Positions 55,799-64,000 of a stretch of DNA of 64,000 bases are shown here, piece after piece. The translations under genes were made by a program, and so were the position numbers. The notes beneath the pieces were generated by a model, which saw nothing but the letters and a program-made list of their open reading frames with translations, did not search any database and was not told the DNA's origin. Positions within the stretch are counted from its first letter, which is position 1; the number at the start of each line of letters is the position of its first letter. This stretch comes from a virus. Lineage: Duplodnaviria; Caudoviricetes. The stretch is taken from positions 1 through 64,000 of IMG/VR virus record IMGVR_UViG_3300008255_000118. One strand, 5' to 3'.

Positions 55799-56718
55799 AG
55801 TATTATATTATCTAGTATTACTTCACTAATTCTTGTTTCTATCTCTAAATCTAGTATTAGACTATCTTCAGAGGTTCTCAGATCCACTATCTTTAGAGAT
55901 TTTAATGTGTCATCTTTTTGAAAAGTAGAGTATAGCTGTCTTAAGAGTATTTGATATGGCAATGAGTTTTTATTAGAACCAATTATAAGACTAGACTGTA
56001 TCCCATCTTCCATAAACTCAGGATTATCACCTTGTCTAAGATTTACTAAAATATTCACTGACTGAGTAATAGTCTCTTTATATGTCAGTATTGAAAGATC
56101 ATCACCAGAAAATTCTAGCTTCTTATTAAGATCTCTCCCATATATCTTCTCACCTATAATATTACTATCAATCACAGAATCTAGTGATAAACTTAGTTTA
56201 TTGAAGTACTGTACTATCAAATCTACTCCTCCCTCAGATGTATAATCTTCCTCTGGTAAATCATTTCTAAGTGCAATATAAGCCCAATCTGTCTCCTTAT
56301 TAGAAGATCCCAACCTTTTAGATAGTGATTCAAGTGTCTCCCTTTGTTTTAGAAGCTCCTCATTCTCTATTCCATAAGAGTATCTCCCTTTACTTAGACT
56401 GGATCTTAACCACTTTGGCGTATTCTCTATATACTGTAAACTCAACTTAATGTCATCTACAAGTTCTACAATATCCCAGAATCTACTGTCTAAGGAATTG
56501 CTATAGTTTTGAATAATGCTTAATACTGTATTTGATTCACTAGTAAGTGACTCTAGCAATAGAAAGGAATCACGAATGCTTACTTTAGCATTCTTTTGAG
56601 AAGAATAAAACTCAATAATCTTCGGGTAGCTCGTTCTAATGAAAGTGTCTACCTGTCTAAAGTAGTTTTGAAGATCATATTGTGTCTTCTCTCTAAAGTC
56701 TTCTACTAAAGTTTTCAT
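55795..56718 (-). CDS. baseplate wedge subunit (gp25/gp53-like)
   Basis: W..IA..NDL segment; C-terminal RQL..TF..DDT...L.I.D; position before baseplate J. Confidence 0.5.
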   Translation of the reverse strand: MKTLVEDFREKTQYDLQNYFRQVDTFIRTSYPKIIEFYSSQKNAKVSIRDSFLLLESLTSESNTVLSIIQNYSNSLDSRFWDIVELVDDIKLSLQYIENTPKWLRSSLSKGRYSYGIENEELLKQRETLESLSKRLGSSNKETDWAYIALRNDLPEEDYTSEGGVDLIVQYFNKLSLSLDSVIDSNIIGEKIYGRDLNKKLEFSGDDLSILTYKETITQSVNILVNLRQGDNPEFMEDGIQSSLIIGSNKNSLPYQILLRQLYSTFQKDDTLKSLKIVDLRTSEDSLILDLEIETRISEVILDNIIL

Positions 56719-57428
56719 ATCAACTTACGTACTTTATTTAATAGTATCCCAACGCCCTTCTGTATTGCACTATTAGCTATCATTCTGCTTACTCCATTTT
56801 GACTTCTTATCTCGTCTAAATTAGCTACTACTGTCAAGTTTAGAGTATATTTCCACATCATATTTGAGGAGGTTACATCCTGTATTAGTTTGAATGAATT
56901 AATTCTAACTAAGTAATTTTCTCCTAATATTGGAAAATATAGATAGACATTCATCGTCTCATTATAACTATCCAACTCAGATGATCTATCAACTATTGAT
57001 TTCAATATCTTAGTAACCCCATACCCTGTCTTAAGCCTCAAGCTTAATAATCTTGATTTTGTTTGTAGGCCTTCCTTAGCTGATGAATACACTCCATCTC
57101 TGGTACTACCACTGTGCCCTACATTATTCAATTCGGTTAATAGTCTTATCTTACGTCCAAATGAACCAGATAGTGTAATCTTTTTTGGCCTATTAGTATT
57201 TGAATCAGTAGTGCTTATCCCTCCAAGTGTCTTCTTTATGTTAACTAGAGTCTGATCATCATATGAAATACTATCTGGAGATACGGGGAATGTAAGGTAC
57301 TCTATTGTCTTCCCTTTACTATCTGTAAGTTCAATAGTTACTGCGTAATACTCAAAATCATTAGGAAATAGTGTGTGAGCTGCTGCCCTACCTATCGTTG
57401 AAACCTGTTTTAATATATCTACATTCAT
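56715..57428 (-). CDS. tail tube initiator / baseplate hub protein candidate
   Basis: LTFPVSPDSI, KKITLSGSFG, WKYTLNL. Confidence 0.5.
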   Translation of the reverse strand: MNVDILKQVSTIGRAAAHTLFPNDFEYYAVTIELTDSKGKTIEYLTFPVSPDSISYDDQTLVNIKKTLGGISTTDSNTNRPKKITLSGSFGRKIRLLTELNNVGHSGSTRDGVYSSAKEGLQTKSRLLSLRLKTGYGVTKILKSIVDRSSELDSYNETMNVYLYFPILGENYLVRINSFKLIQDVTSSNMMWKYTLNLTVVANLDEIRSQNGVSRMIANSAIQKGVGILLNKVRKLI

Positions 57429-57432
57429 TTCA

Positions 57433-57792
57433 TTAGAATATGGACGATTTAAGTGAACTTAATAGAGTACTTGCATCATTCAATACAGCCTTAGCTGCCT
57501 TCTCTGCAGCCTGTATTAATGGGAATTGATATTGTTGTTGTACAATAGCTGTGCCTATATCAAGTTTATTCTTTAGTGAAGTTGCTATCTTCTTATTTAC
57601 CACATATGTTTTGTTCAAAGAGTCTTGTACTCTTTTCTTTACAACTAGAGTTTGTATTAATTTTGTTTTAGAACTATAGTTCCCTCTTATCTTAGAATCT
57701 ACATCACCCCAAGATTGTGACAACTCTTTTACATCCATACTAGAATGTATAGTTACACCAAACTTATTAAAGTTATCTAATAGCCTACTCAT
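57433..57792 (-). CDS. hypothetical tail protein
   Basis: 119 aa in the tail operon. Confidence 0.5.
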   Translation of the reverse strand: MSRLLDNFNKFGVTIHSSMDVKELSQSWGDVDSKIRGNYSSKTKLIQTLVVKKRVQDSLNKTYVVNKKIATSLKNKLDIGTAIVQQQYQFPLIQAAEKAAKAVLNDASTLLSSLKSSIF

Positions 57793-57814
57793 TGGATAAA
57801 TATAAGTATATTTA
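57793..57814 (-). promoter_or_regulatory. putative -7-type element 4 nt upstream of ATG, inside a palindrome
   Basis: Minus strand TATACT-TATATTTA-TCCA-ATG; plus strand taaatata-ag-tatattta palindrome at 57797-57814. Confidence 0.35.
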
Positions 57815-58657
57815 ACTAATTCTTACATTCTTTGATACACCTATTTCTGACAGATCTACTATTTCTGTAGAACTTGTAGACTTTGCATATAGTGCTGGTT
57901 TATCCCCCTCTAAGTAGATTTGCTTATCAGTCTCCACAACTATCCCTCTGTCGGTAATACTAACTGAAGAATTCTTACTCTCTAAAGAAATTACTTTATC
58001 AGAATTAATTATGACACCATTAGCAGAGATCTTGATACTCTGTCCTTCAAAATTTACTAATAGCTCATCCCCATCAAACTGGATAGACTTCTTGTCAGAA
58101 ATAATTGCAGATAAATTCTCTGACTCAATCCGTAGACTGTCAGACTTTAAAACTGTAATCCCACTTCCACCTAATGAAAGTTCAGAACTGGTGACACCAT
58201 CAGTTACTACTAACAGTATCTCCCCTGGCCTATTCTTACTACCTCTTACAGCTATTTGATAACCATTAATCTCTAAGTTCTTAGTTATACTAACAGAGCC
58301 CTTATCTCCTACTGAGAATTCAGTTTTTCTTTTCTCAGATGATATACCAAACTTTTCAAAGCCTAAGAATACTCCAGTAACAACTAATTGTCCACTGCCT
58401 GGAACTCTCATCCAATGTACAAGACTACCTCTACCCCCTGGTATGTGGGGAAACTCACACAGTGTATGTAGATGTACTGGTACCATTATCTGTTTCTTCA
58501 CCTCATTATAGATGGTTATCAGAATACACTGGCCTACTCTATAGAAGTCTCTAAGATATTCTTCTCTCCCTCTATCAATAGGTATAGTTAGAAAACCAAA
58601 TCCATTTGAAATTGATTCAGTGTTCCATTCAAGAGGTATATTTCTGTCTTCATTCAT
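57812..58657 (-). CDS. baseplate central spike (gpV/gp5-like)
   Basis: N-terminal OB-like FP...G..GSLV.W; C-terminal beta-helix-like repeats (SI.I...G..I). Confidence 0.6.
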   Translation of the reverse strand: MNEDRNIPLEWNTESISNGFGFLTIPIDRGREEYLRDFYRVGQCILITIYNEVKKQIMVPVHLHTLCEFPHIPGGRGSLVHWMRVPGSGQLVVTGVFLGFEKFGISSEKRKTEFSVGDKGSVSITKNLEINGYQIAVRGSKNRPGEILLVVTDGVTSSELSLGGSGITVLKSDSLRIESENLSAIISDKKSIQFDGDELLVNFEGQSIKISANGVIINSDKVISLESKNSSVSITDRGIVVETDKQIYLEGDKPALYAKSTSSTEIVDLSEIGVSKNVRIS

Positions 58658-61419
58658 TACTCTATAGATTGTCTTTTCTTTAAAAAGAAGTCAAAAACTT
58701 CTTTGTTGATTGATAAACCAGATTTATAGTCAAACTTTTGTTCGGCTGTCCCTCCAGATACAATCTTGTAATATGACTTCTTAAACTGTTTAATGTTTAC
58801 TAAGTTGAAATATGATAATGATTCCCCACTTTCAGTTTCCTGGCTCCCATAAATAAATGACTTCACCATACCCCTTTCTACTGATAGGGTAGTAACTCTA
58901 TTAATCTCTACACCAACTGAAAGCTGATGAGTAACTTCTTTTATATAAAAGACCTCATCTGTTGGTATGTAATGAAGGAAAGTCCCTGCCTTAAATCTTC
59001 TATCCCCTTGTATTGTGATAGAGCCTGTCCTAGTAAAGGGCAGATAAATATGAGTCTCTATCAACCAGCCTAACAATTCTGAAGCATGTTTAGCATATAA
59101 ATCTAGTCTAGAGCCCTCTGACTTATCCGACCAAAAGTCAAGATTAGAGTAGTTAGATATTACACTAAATCTAGTATTGCCGAATACTTGTGCATAGTCA
59201 TCAAAGTAGACTCCTGGGAATATACCTAGATATACACTAGCTCCTGCATAATTCCCTTTGTCTGTTAGTTGGAACCAAGAATAAGACTCATCTGAGTAAG
59301 AGAGACTTTCATTAATTACCATATCTTCAGTCACCTCTAGAGTCTTAGAGCCCTTTGATAAAACTACTGTACTTAGATTAACTGGGTGTAACTGAGAGTC
59401 ATTAAAAGTTAAAATATCACTTCCCTCTCCACTATGAACTTCTGGGCCATATGCCTGACTTTCCTCCTCATTAATAAAGTTACTTAAGAAAGATAAAATT
59501 GCATCTTGATCAAATGGTGGCCTTCTAAGTATTATATAGAACTTATCTCCATAAGTATCTGTAAACATCTCTACAAAAGGCTCCTGTGCAACTTTCTTTA
59601 TCAGATCATAGATTGTACCATTCGGGTTTGAGATAGAGTCATCCACAACTCTTAAGTCTCTTACTGAATCATCTACGAATAGTTTCATAATCTGCCAAAT
59701 CCCTTTTACTTCCTTTTGTTCTGAGACATGTACATTCTTATATAACTCAGAAACAGCTGATTGTTCTACCTTCTTGTTGTTTAACTTTATTTCAGATCTG
59801 CTAACAACTGTAAGATTCTGAAAGTTTGAAAAGATGTCATTAGGAACAAAACCAATTGATGATATTTGATGAAAAATGAATTTGATAGAATCTACTATAC
59901 TTCTACTTAAAACAGAGTCCAAATTATGATATCTCCCATCAAGAAATCTTCTTGTACTGAATGGCGTCTCACCAAAGATAGATGCACTATGTCCAACAGA
60001 GTAAGGGTTGAAGTAGGAGTTATCACTCTCTAGTACTTTAACTAAACTTCTCCCGTTGATTGTTACTTGTATCTGGTTGTTAGCACTTGTATTAACTTGA
60101 ACACTGTCAATCATACCAATCATATCATACCAGTTACTAGAGATCTCTTTCCTATTAGATTCTATTCCCAGCTCTTCAAAAGAAATAAATACTAAATCAT
60201 TTTTACTAAGTATCTCTTTATAGTAAATACTAGAACGTTTTCTATACCCTCTATTACCATCTATATAATTTAAACTTGTCTTAGTAACCTGTTGCCCACT
60301 ACTAAGATCTATGATGCCTTTCTTAACCCATCTGCCTTCTTCGAAATTAGCTTGTGTAGAATTTAAAGAAAGTGTAAAAGAACTACGCCCTTGTGTACTA
60401 TTAGAGGTTGTCACTGACTGTACATCTTTAGTTAAATCTAAATACCCAGAACCACCATCTTGTAGATAAGAAGTTCTAGACCACACAAAGACTGTTAATA
60501 CTGAACTTTGATTTCTTAAATAACCACTCTTAGTATTCTTGTACTTGATTACGTAACCTGGGTCAATAGACATTTGTCTCAGAATCTTAGGGAAAAATAG
60601 GGACGAGTCATTTTGAGAAACTAGAAAATTACTCTCAAATCTTATCCCAATATCTATTTTCGAATTGGGAATAATCAGAGTTACTCCATTAGTAACTAAA
60701 TAGTTTTTAGTCTTACTATATGTCTCCTTTAGTCTACTACTCTCATATAGTCTTCTATGATTAGTTTTATTTTGATAAGTAACTCCCAACAACTCTGATT
60801 CTGTAATCTGCCCTCTCTTTACAATAAAAGAGTCTTGATTTAACAATTCTTGAACTGAGTAAGTTCCACCACTGTGTACATACTCTACAAACTTGCTCTT
60901 ATTGATTTGTTCTTCTTTAAGTGGCGTCTTAATAGATGTCTCTCTTTTTATTGGAGTAGACTCACTCTTAAATAAGCTAACCTCAGCCCTTCTTCTTTTC
61001 TGCAAACTCTTACTATCAGTTAAAGAACCATATGATAACCAGGCATTCATTGCTTCTGAAAAGTTCTCTTTATTAACGTATAGTCTAATTTTGGAAGATT
61101 CTACGGCACCATAACCAGCACTAAATGTAAGACTACACAAGGCATCAAACTGATCTTGAGAAAGTGGTGTTTCTATATACTTTTGTACATATAACTCTGC
61201 TTCGTTTTTCAAATCTCTAAGAAACAAGATCTTTGCTCTATCTAAGGAAATCTTCTTCCCTTGGTATACACTAGCACCTGTATGTCTCCAGCCTATAACA
61301 AATCTTTTTTCTGTCTTATCCCAATATGATTCTAGTGATAGTTTCTCATAGCTTTTAATAAATTCTTGTCCTCTTGGACTACATCTAAGATTTGAGTTTG
61401 AGTTCATACTAGTGGGCAT
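58657..61419 (-). CDS. baseplate hub protein with N-terminal GH24 lysozyme-like domain
   Basis: FIKSYEKLSLESYWD...IGWRH...LSQDQFDALCSL.F..G...RRRAEV.LF; rest resembles a hub (gp27/gp44-like). Confidence 0.7.
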   Translation of the reverse strand: MPTSMNSNSNLRCSPRGQEFIKSYEKLSLESYWDKTEKRFVIGWRHTGASVYQGKKISLDRAKILFLRDLKNEAELYVQKYIETPLSQDQFDALCSLTFSAGYGAVESSKIRLYVNKENFSEAMNAWLSYGSLTDSKSLQKRRRAEVSLFKSESTPIKRETSIKTPLKEEQINKSKFVEYVHSGGTYSVQELLNQDSFIVKRGQITESELLGVTYQNKTNHRRLYESSRLKETYSKTKNYLVTNGVTLIIPNSKIDIGIRFESNFLVSQNDSSLFFPKILRQMSIDPGYVIKYKNTKSGYLRNQSSVLTVFVWSRTSYLQDGGSGYLDLTKDVQSVTTSNSTQGRSSFTLSLNSTQANFEEGRWVKKGIIDLSSGQQVTKTSLNYIDGNRGYRKRSSIYYKEILSKNDLVFISFEELGIESNRKEISSNWYDMIGMIDSVQVNTSANNQIQVTINGRSLVKVLESDNSYFNPYSVGHSASIFGETPFSTRRFLDGRYHNLDSVLSRSIVDSIKFIFHQISSIGFVPNDIFSNFQNLTVVSRSEIKLNNKKVEQSAVSELYKNVHVSEQKEVKGIWQIMKLFVDDSVRDLRVVDDSISNPNGTIYDLIKKVAQEPFVEMFTDTYGDKFYIILRRPPFDQDAILSFLSNFINEEESQAYGPEVHSGEGSDILTFNDSQLHPVNLSTVVLSKGSKTLEVTEDMVINESLSYSDESYSWFQLTDKGNYAGASVYLGIFPGVYFDDYAQVFGNTRFSVISNYSNLDFWSDKSEGSRLDLYAKHASELLGWLIETHIYLPFTRTGSITIQGDRRFKAGTFLHYIPTDEVFYIKEVTHQLSVGVEINRVTTLSVERGMVKSFIYGSQETESGESLSYFNLVNIKQFKKSYYKIVSGGTAEQKFDYKSGLSINKEVFDFFLKKRQSIE

Positions 61420-63256
61420 TATTAGCCTTGGCTGGCTTTATTAATTGTCTAGCAAGATATAGTAAGTTAGCTCCTCCCATAATACCAGCCATGGCTGCAG
61501 GAGGAGGGACATCTCCTAGACCAATTAAATTGGCGGCAGCTGTCTTTGTATTAAAAACATCTATTAACTCTTGTATTGCAGTACCCATCTTAGAGGCAAG
61601 GTCTCCCATTGACTCAGCTTCAAAATCTAAGTCGGTTTTTACTGTGGATGAAGCTCTCTTAGCTCTTCCCCTCATACTCTTAGCAAACTCACCTTTATCA
61701 GTCCCTTCTTCCTCTAAATTAGAAAAGTCCATCCCTCCCTTAAACATGTTTAGAATATCATTTTTCTTAAGTTGTCCACTAGTAAGCTGATCAAATAAAA
61801 TCATTTGTGAATCTTCAGACCCACCATAACCTTTTACTCTCTTCATCACTGCTTCAAGATATCCCTTAGACCCTGTCCCCTTCTCCATCTCTGCTTGTAA
61901 TTCAAAATAGCTCTTATCTGGGTTTAGTTTTCTTAGTATATCAAACTTCATTGCCTGTGACTCTGGGGTGCCCCCACTTCTTAAACCTGAGTTAAGAGAT
62001 GTTACTGTAGAGGCTGAAATATCTTCTCTCTTATACACGCCACCTAGACTTGTAAGTCTATTTAGTAAGTTTAAGTTAGCTTGACTACCTGCAGTAGAAC
62101 TACCTGTTAACTGGCCTTCTTGTAATTGTACAAGTGTGCCAAGTAAACTTGACATTCTAGAAAAGTCTTTTCCATCTTTTCCAAAAGTACCACTCTTAGA
62201 CATAACAGAGTAGATTTGTGCTGCCATATCTGTAGCATCTGTACCATTAGTTCTACCATACCTAGCTGCTCCCATTATAGTGCCTTCATCTACAGCACCA
62301 CCCCTCATTAGTTCTATACCTCTAAGGGCCAAGGACTGTGCGCCAACTACAGTACCATTAGCTTTTATGATTTGTGGTAACCACTTAGAGGTAAACTCTT
62401 CTCTTGATATATTAAGATCTAGAGGACCATAGCTTCCTTTACTAGTTCTGCCAACACCAGCATCTTCAAGACCAGAAACAGAGCCCCCAGTTAATGCAGC
62501 ATACTCGCTTAAAGATGTTTCTCTTCCTGCTCTTATAGTTCTGGGCATATCAACTAAACCCTTCACAGCTGCTATAACTAAGCCAGCAATTCCAAGTTTG
62601 CCTAAAACTCCCGCCCCTCCTTCTCTACCAGCTAAACCGCCAACTACACCTAAACTTGAACTAGCAGCTCCTAGGAAGCTTCTTTGTCCCACTATGCCCC
62701 CAGCCTGTTGTGCTGCACCTGTAAGTCTGTCTGCCAAAGATGATGATTCTGTAGGAGTACTTTCAGAAATCATTCTCCTAGTAAGTTCTCCAGCTTCTCC
62801 ACCATGTTTCTGAGATACTCTTGTAATAAGATCAGATTTACTTTGATTAGTAGAGTCAGCTTTTCTCAACTCCTGTTCTGAAGTTATTTTTACTGTTTCA
62901 ATAAGCTCTTTAAGTAACTGTACTTGAAGTTGATCTTCTTTAGCTTCTCGACTAATCTCTTTAACAGATCTGAAGTAGTCTTCTTTAGCTGACTTACCAA
63001 CTCCAGCAGCCTCTCTTGTTTCAAATGTTTGTGTAGCTTGCTGTCTAAGACCTTCAGTGTATACTCGATTACGTCTCTCTATTAAACGTATCTGCTCCTC
63101 ATAGTACTTAATAGCATCTTTAGAGTTTTTAGAGTTTTGTAGAGACTCTTCAAGTAAACCTCTGCCTAATTCAGCTGAGCTACTTCTGAGTCTATCCATT
63201 AGGCTACCAAGTCCTTCGTCTCTACCTGATACTACTATTTCTCTTCTAGTGCTCAT
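61409..63256 (-). CDS. tape measure-like protein
   Basis: Coiled-coil N-terminus, G/A-rich membrane-like segment, position between chaperones and hub. Confidence 0.65.
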   Translation of the reverse strand: MSTRREIVVSGRDEGLGSLMDRLRSSSAELGRGLLEESLQNSKNSKDAIKYYEEQIRLIERRNRVYTEGLRQQATQTFETREAAGVGKSAKEDYFRSVKEISREAKEDQLQVQLLKELIETVKITSEQELRKADSTNQSKSDLITRVSQKHGGEAGELTRRMISESTPTESSSLADRLTGAAQQAGGIVGQRSFLGAASSSLGVVGGLAGREGGAGVLGKLGIAGLVIAAVKGLVDMPRTIRAGRETSLSEYAALTGGSVSGLEDAGVGRTSKGSYGPLDLNISREEFTSKWLPQIIKANGTVVGAQSLALRGIELMRGGAVDEGTIMGAARYGRTNGTDATDMAAQIYSVMSKSGTFGKDGKDFSRMSSLLGTLVQLQEGQLTGSSTAGSQANLNLLNRLTSLGGVYKREDISASTVTSLNSGLRSGGTPESQAMKFDILRKLNPDKSYFELQAEMEKGTGSKGYLEAVMKRVKGYGGSEDSQMILFDQLTSGQLKKNDILNMFKGGMDFSNLEEEGTDKGEFAKSMRGRAKRASSTVKTDLDFEAESMGDLASKMGTAIQELIDVFNTKTAAANLIGLGDVPPPAAMAGIMGGANLLYLARQLIKPAKANNAH

Positions 63257-63612
63257 TCTTGTGCTAAATCTATGTCTGCCTCGCCATCTCCTATCTTAGT
63301 TATATCAATTCGATCAAACAGATTTTCCTCAATCTCTTCACCATCTGAGTTAAACCAATCGCCAGGAGTATACTTGACTTTATTTTTACTTAATTCTACC
63401 TGCTCCCCTAGATTCTTAAATATTAGTTCTTCTTCATACTCAAAACCTATTGATAGCAGTGTTACTTGTCTGTGTTCTACTGAGCCCCATCTAATGTTAT
63501 ACTTACTTCTATACCATTTGTCAAGAGGGAAGTTGATATTCCACCATTCTACAAATCTACTTATATCAAAGCTATAGGTTCTTTGCTTACTCTTTATGTT
63601 AGGTATTAACAT
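63253..63612 (-). CDS. tail assembly chaperone (second ORF)
   Basis: WWN..FP.D.WYR.KY; directly upstream of tape measure. Confidence 0.5.
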   Translation of the reverse strand: MLIPNIKSKQRTYSFDISRFVEWWNINFPLDKWYRSKYNIRWGSVEHRQVTLLSIGFEYEEELIFKNLGEQVELSKNKVKYTPGDWFNSDGEEIEENLFDRIDITKIGDGEADIDLAQE

Positions 63613-63990
63613 CTACTCAGTCTTCCTGTCTATCTTCTTTTCAGTTTTAGGGCTAAGAAAGCTTAGCTGTTCTTCAAACCAAGGGACAAACTTCAACTTG
63701 TATTCACCTCTTAATTCTTCAATTTCAACTATTGACAATAGTCTCCAGCCTTCTACTTTAATATCAGACATTAAATCTGGGCATAGAACCATTAAGGCAG
63801 AAAACATATCTACATTGTCTAGATTCCAGTTAGAAATCACTGTCCCGTGGCTTACGATAGTGCCATATCTCCCTCCAGTAAGTTCTGCTTTCATTATCTC
63901 AATGTCCAACAATGAGCCAATGTTAATCTCCTTTAACTGATATTTGTTTGACTTAAAGTCTAGTACTGGCTTACTCTTTAAATTATTCAT
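63613..63990 (-). CDS. tail assembly chaperone (first ORF)
   Basis: 125 aa, two genes upstream of tape measure. Confidence 0.5.
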   Translation of the reverse strand: MNNLKSKPVLDFKSNKYQLKEINIGSLLDIEIMKAELTGGRYGTIVSHGTVISNWNLDNVDMFSALMVLCPDLMSDIKVEGWRLLSIVEIEELRGEYKLKFVPWFEEQLSFLSPKTEKKIDRKTE

Positions 63991-64000
63991 CTCTTTACTA

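Noticed and set aside
712-63940. All plus-strand ORFs and nested alternative-frame ORFs (e.g. 8699-8893, 12283-12474, 14563-14775)
   Set aside because: They are shadows of well-supported minus-strand genes, short, and without recognisable motifs
1-64000. tRNA or rRNA genes
   Set aside because: No cloverleaf with a T-loop GTTCRA and no rRNA-like sequence was recognised in the few intergenic gaps; tRNAscan-SE would confirm

Overview
A 64 kb segment of a large, AT-rich lytic dsDNA phage with a contractile tail (myovirus-like, possibly jumbo). The host is probably Bacteroidota, inferred from TTTG-N19-TAnnTTT(A) promoters and A-rich leaders without Shine-Dalgarno motifs. Essentially all real genes are on the minus strand. 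In transcription order (right to left): (1) tail chaperones, tape measure and baseplate/tail genes (64-50.4 kb); (2) HNH, DEDDh exonuclease, intein-containing terminase large subunit, DnaB and primase; (3) a complete 7-deazaguanine DNA-modification locus (TGT/DpdA-like, P-loop kinase-like, MazG, QueF, QueC, QueD, QueE, FolE) running almost directly into an intein-containing DnaE polymerase; (4) a recombination block (UvsY-like, SSB, SbcD, RecA, SbcC, RuvC-like); (5) rIIA/rIIB, RNase H, macrodomain, SF1 helicase, class II RNR, SprT-like, DUF3310 and ThyA; (6) many small orphan genes; (7) a second virion/tail-fibre module at the left edge. Leading candidates for novelty: the preQ1 locus, whose kinase and MazG genes suggest modification at the nucleotide-pool level; two strongly base-paired intergenic RNA elements (7.7 kb and 11.8 kb); and a repeated promoter with an embedded AAGTATAA-N3-TTATACTT palindrome. 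No tRNA, rRNA or CRISPR array was recognised. All family assignments come from visual motif recognition, not database searches.
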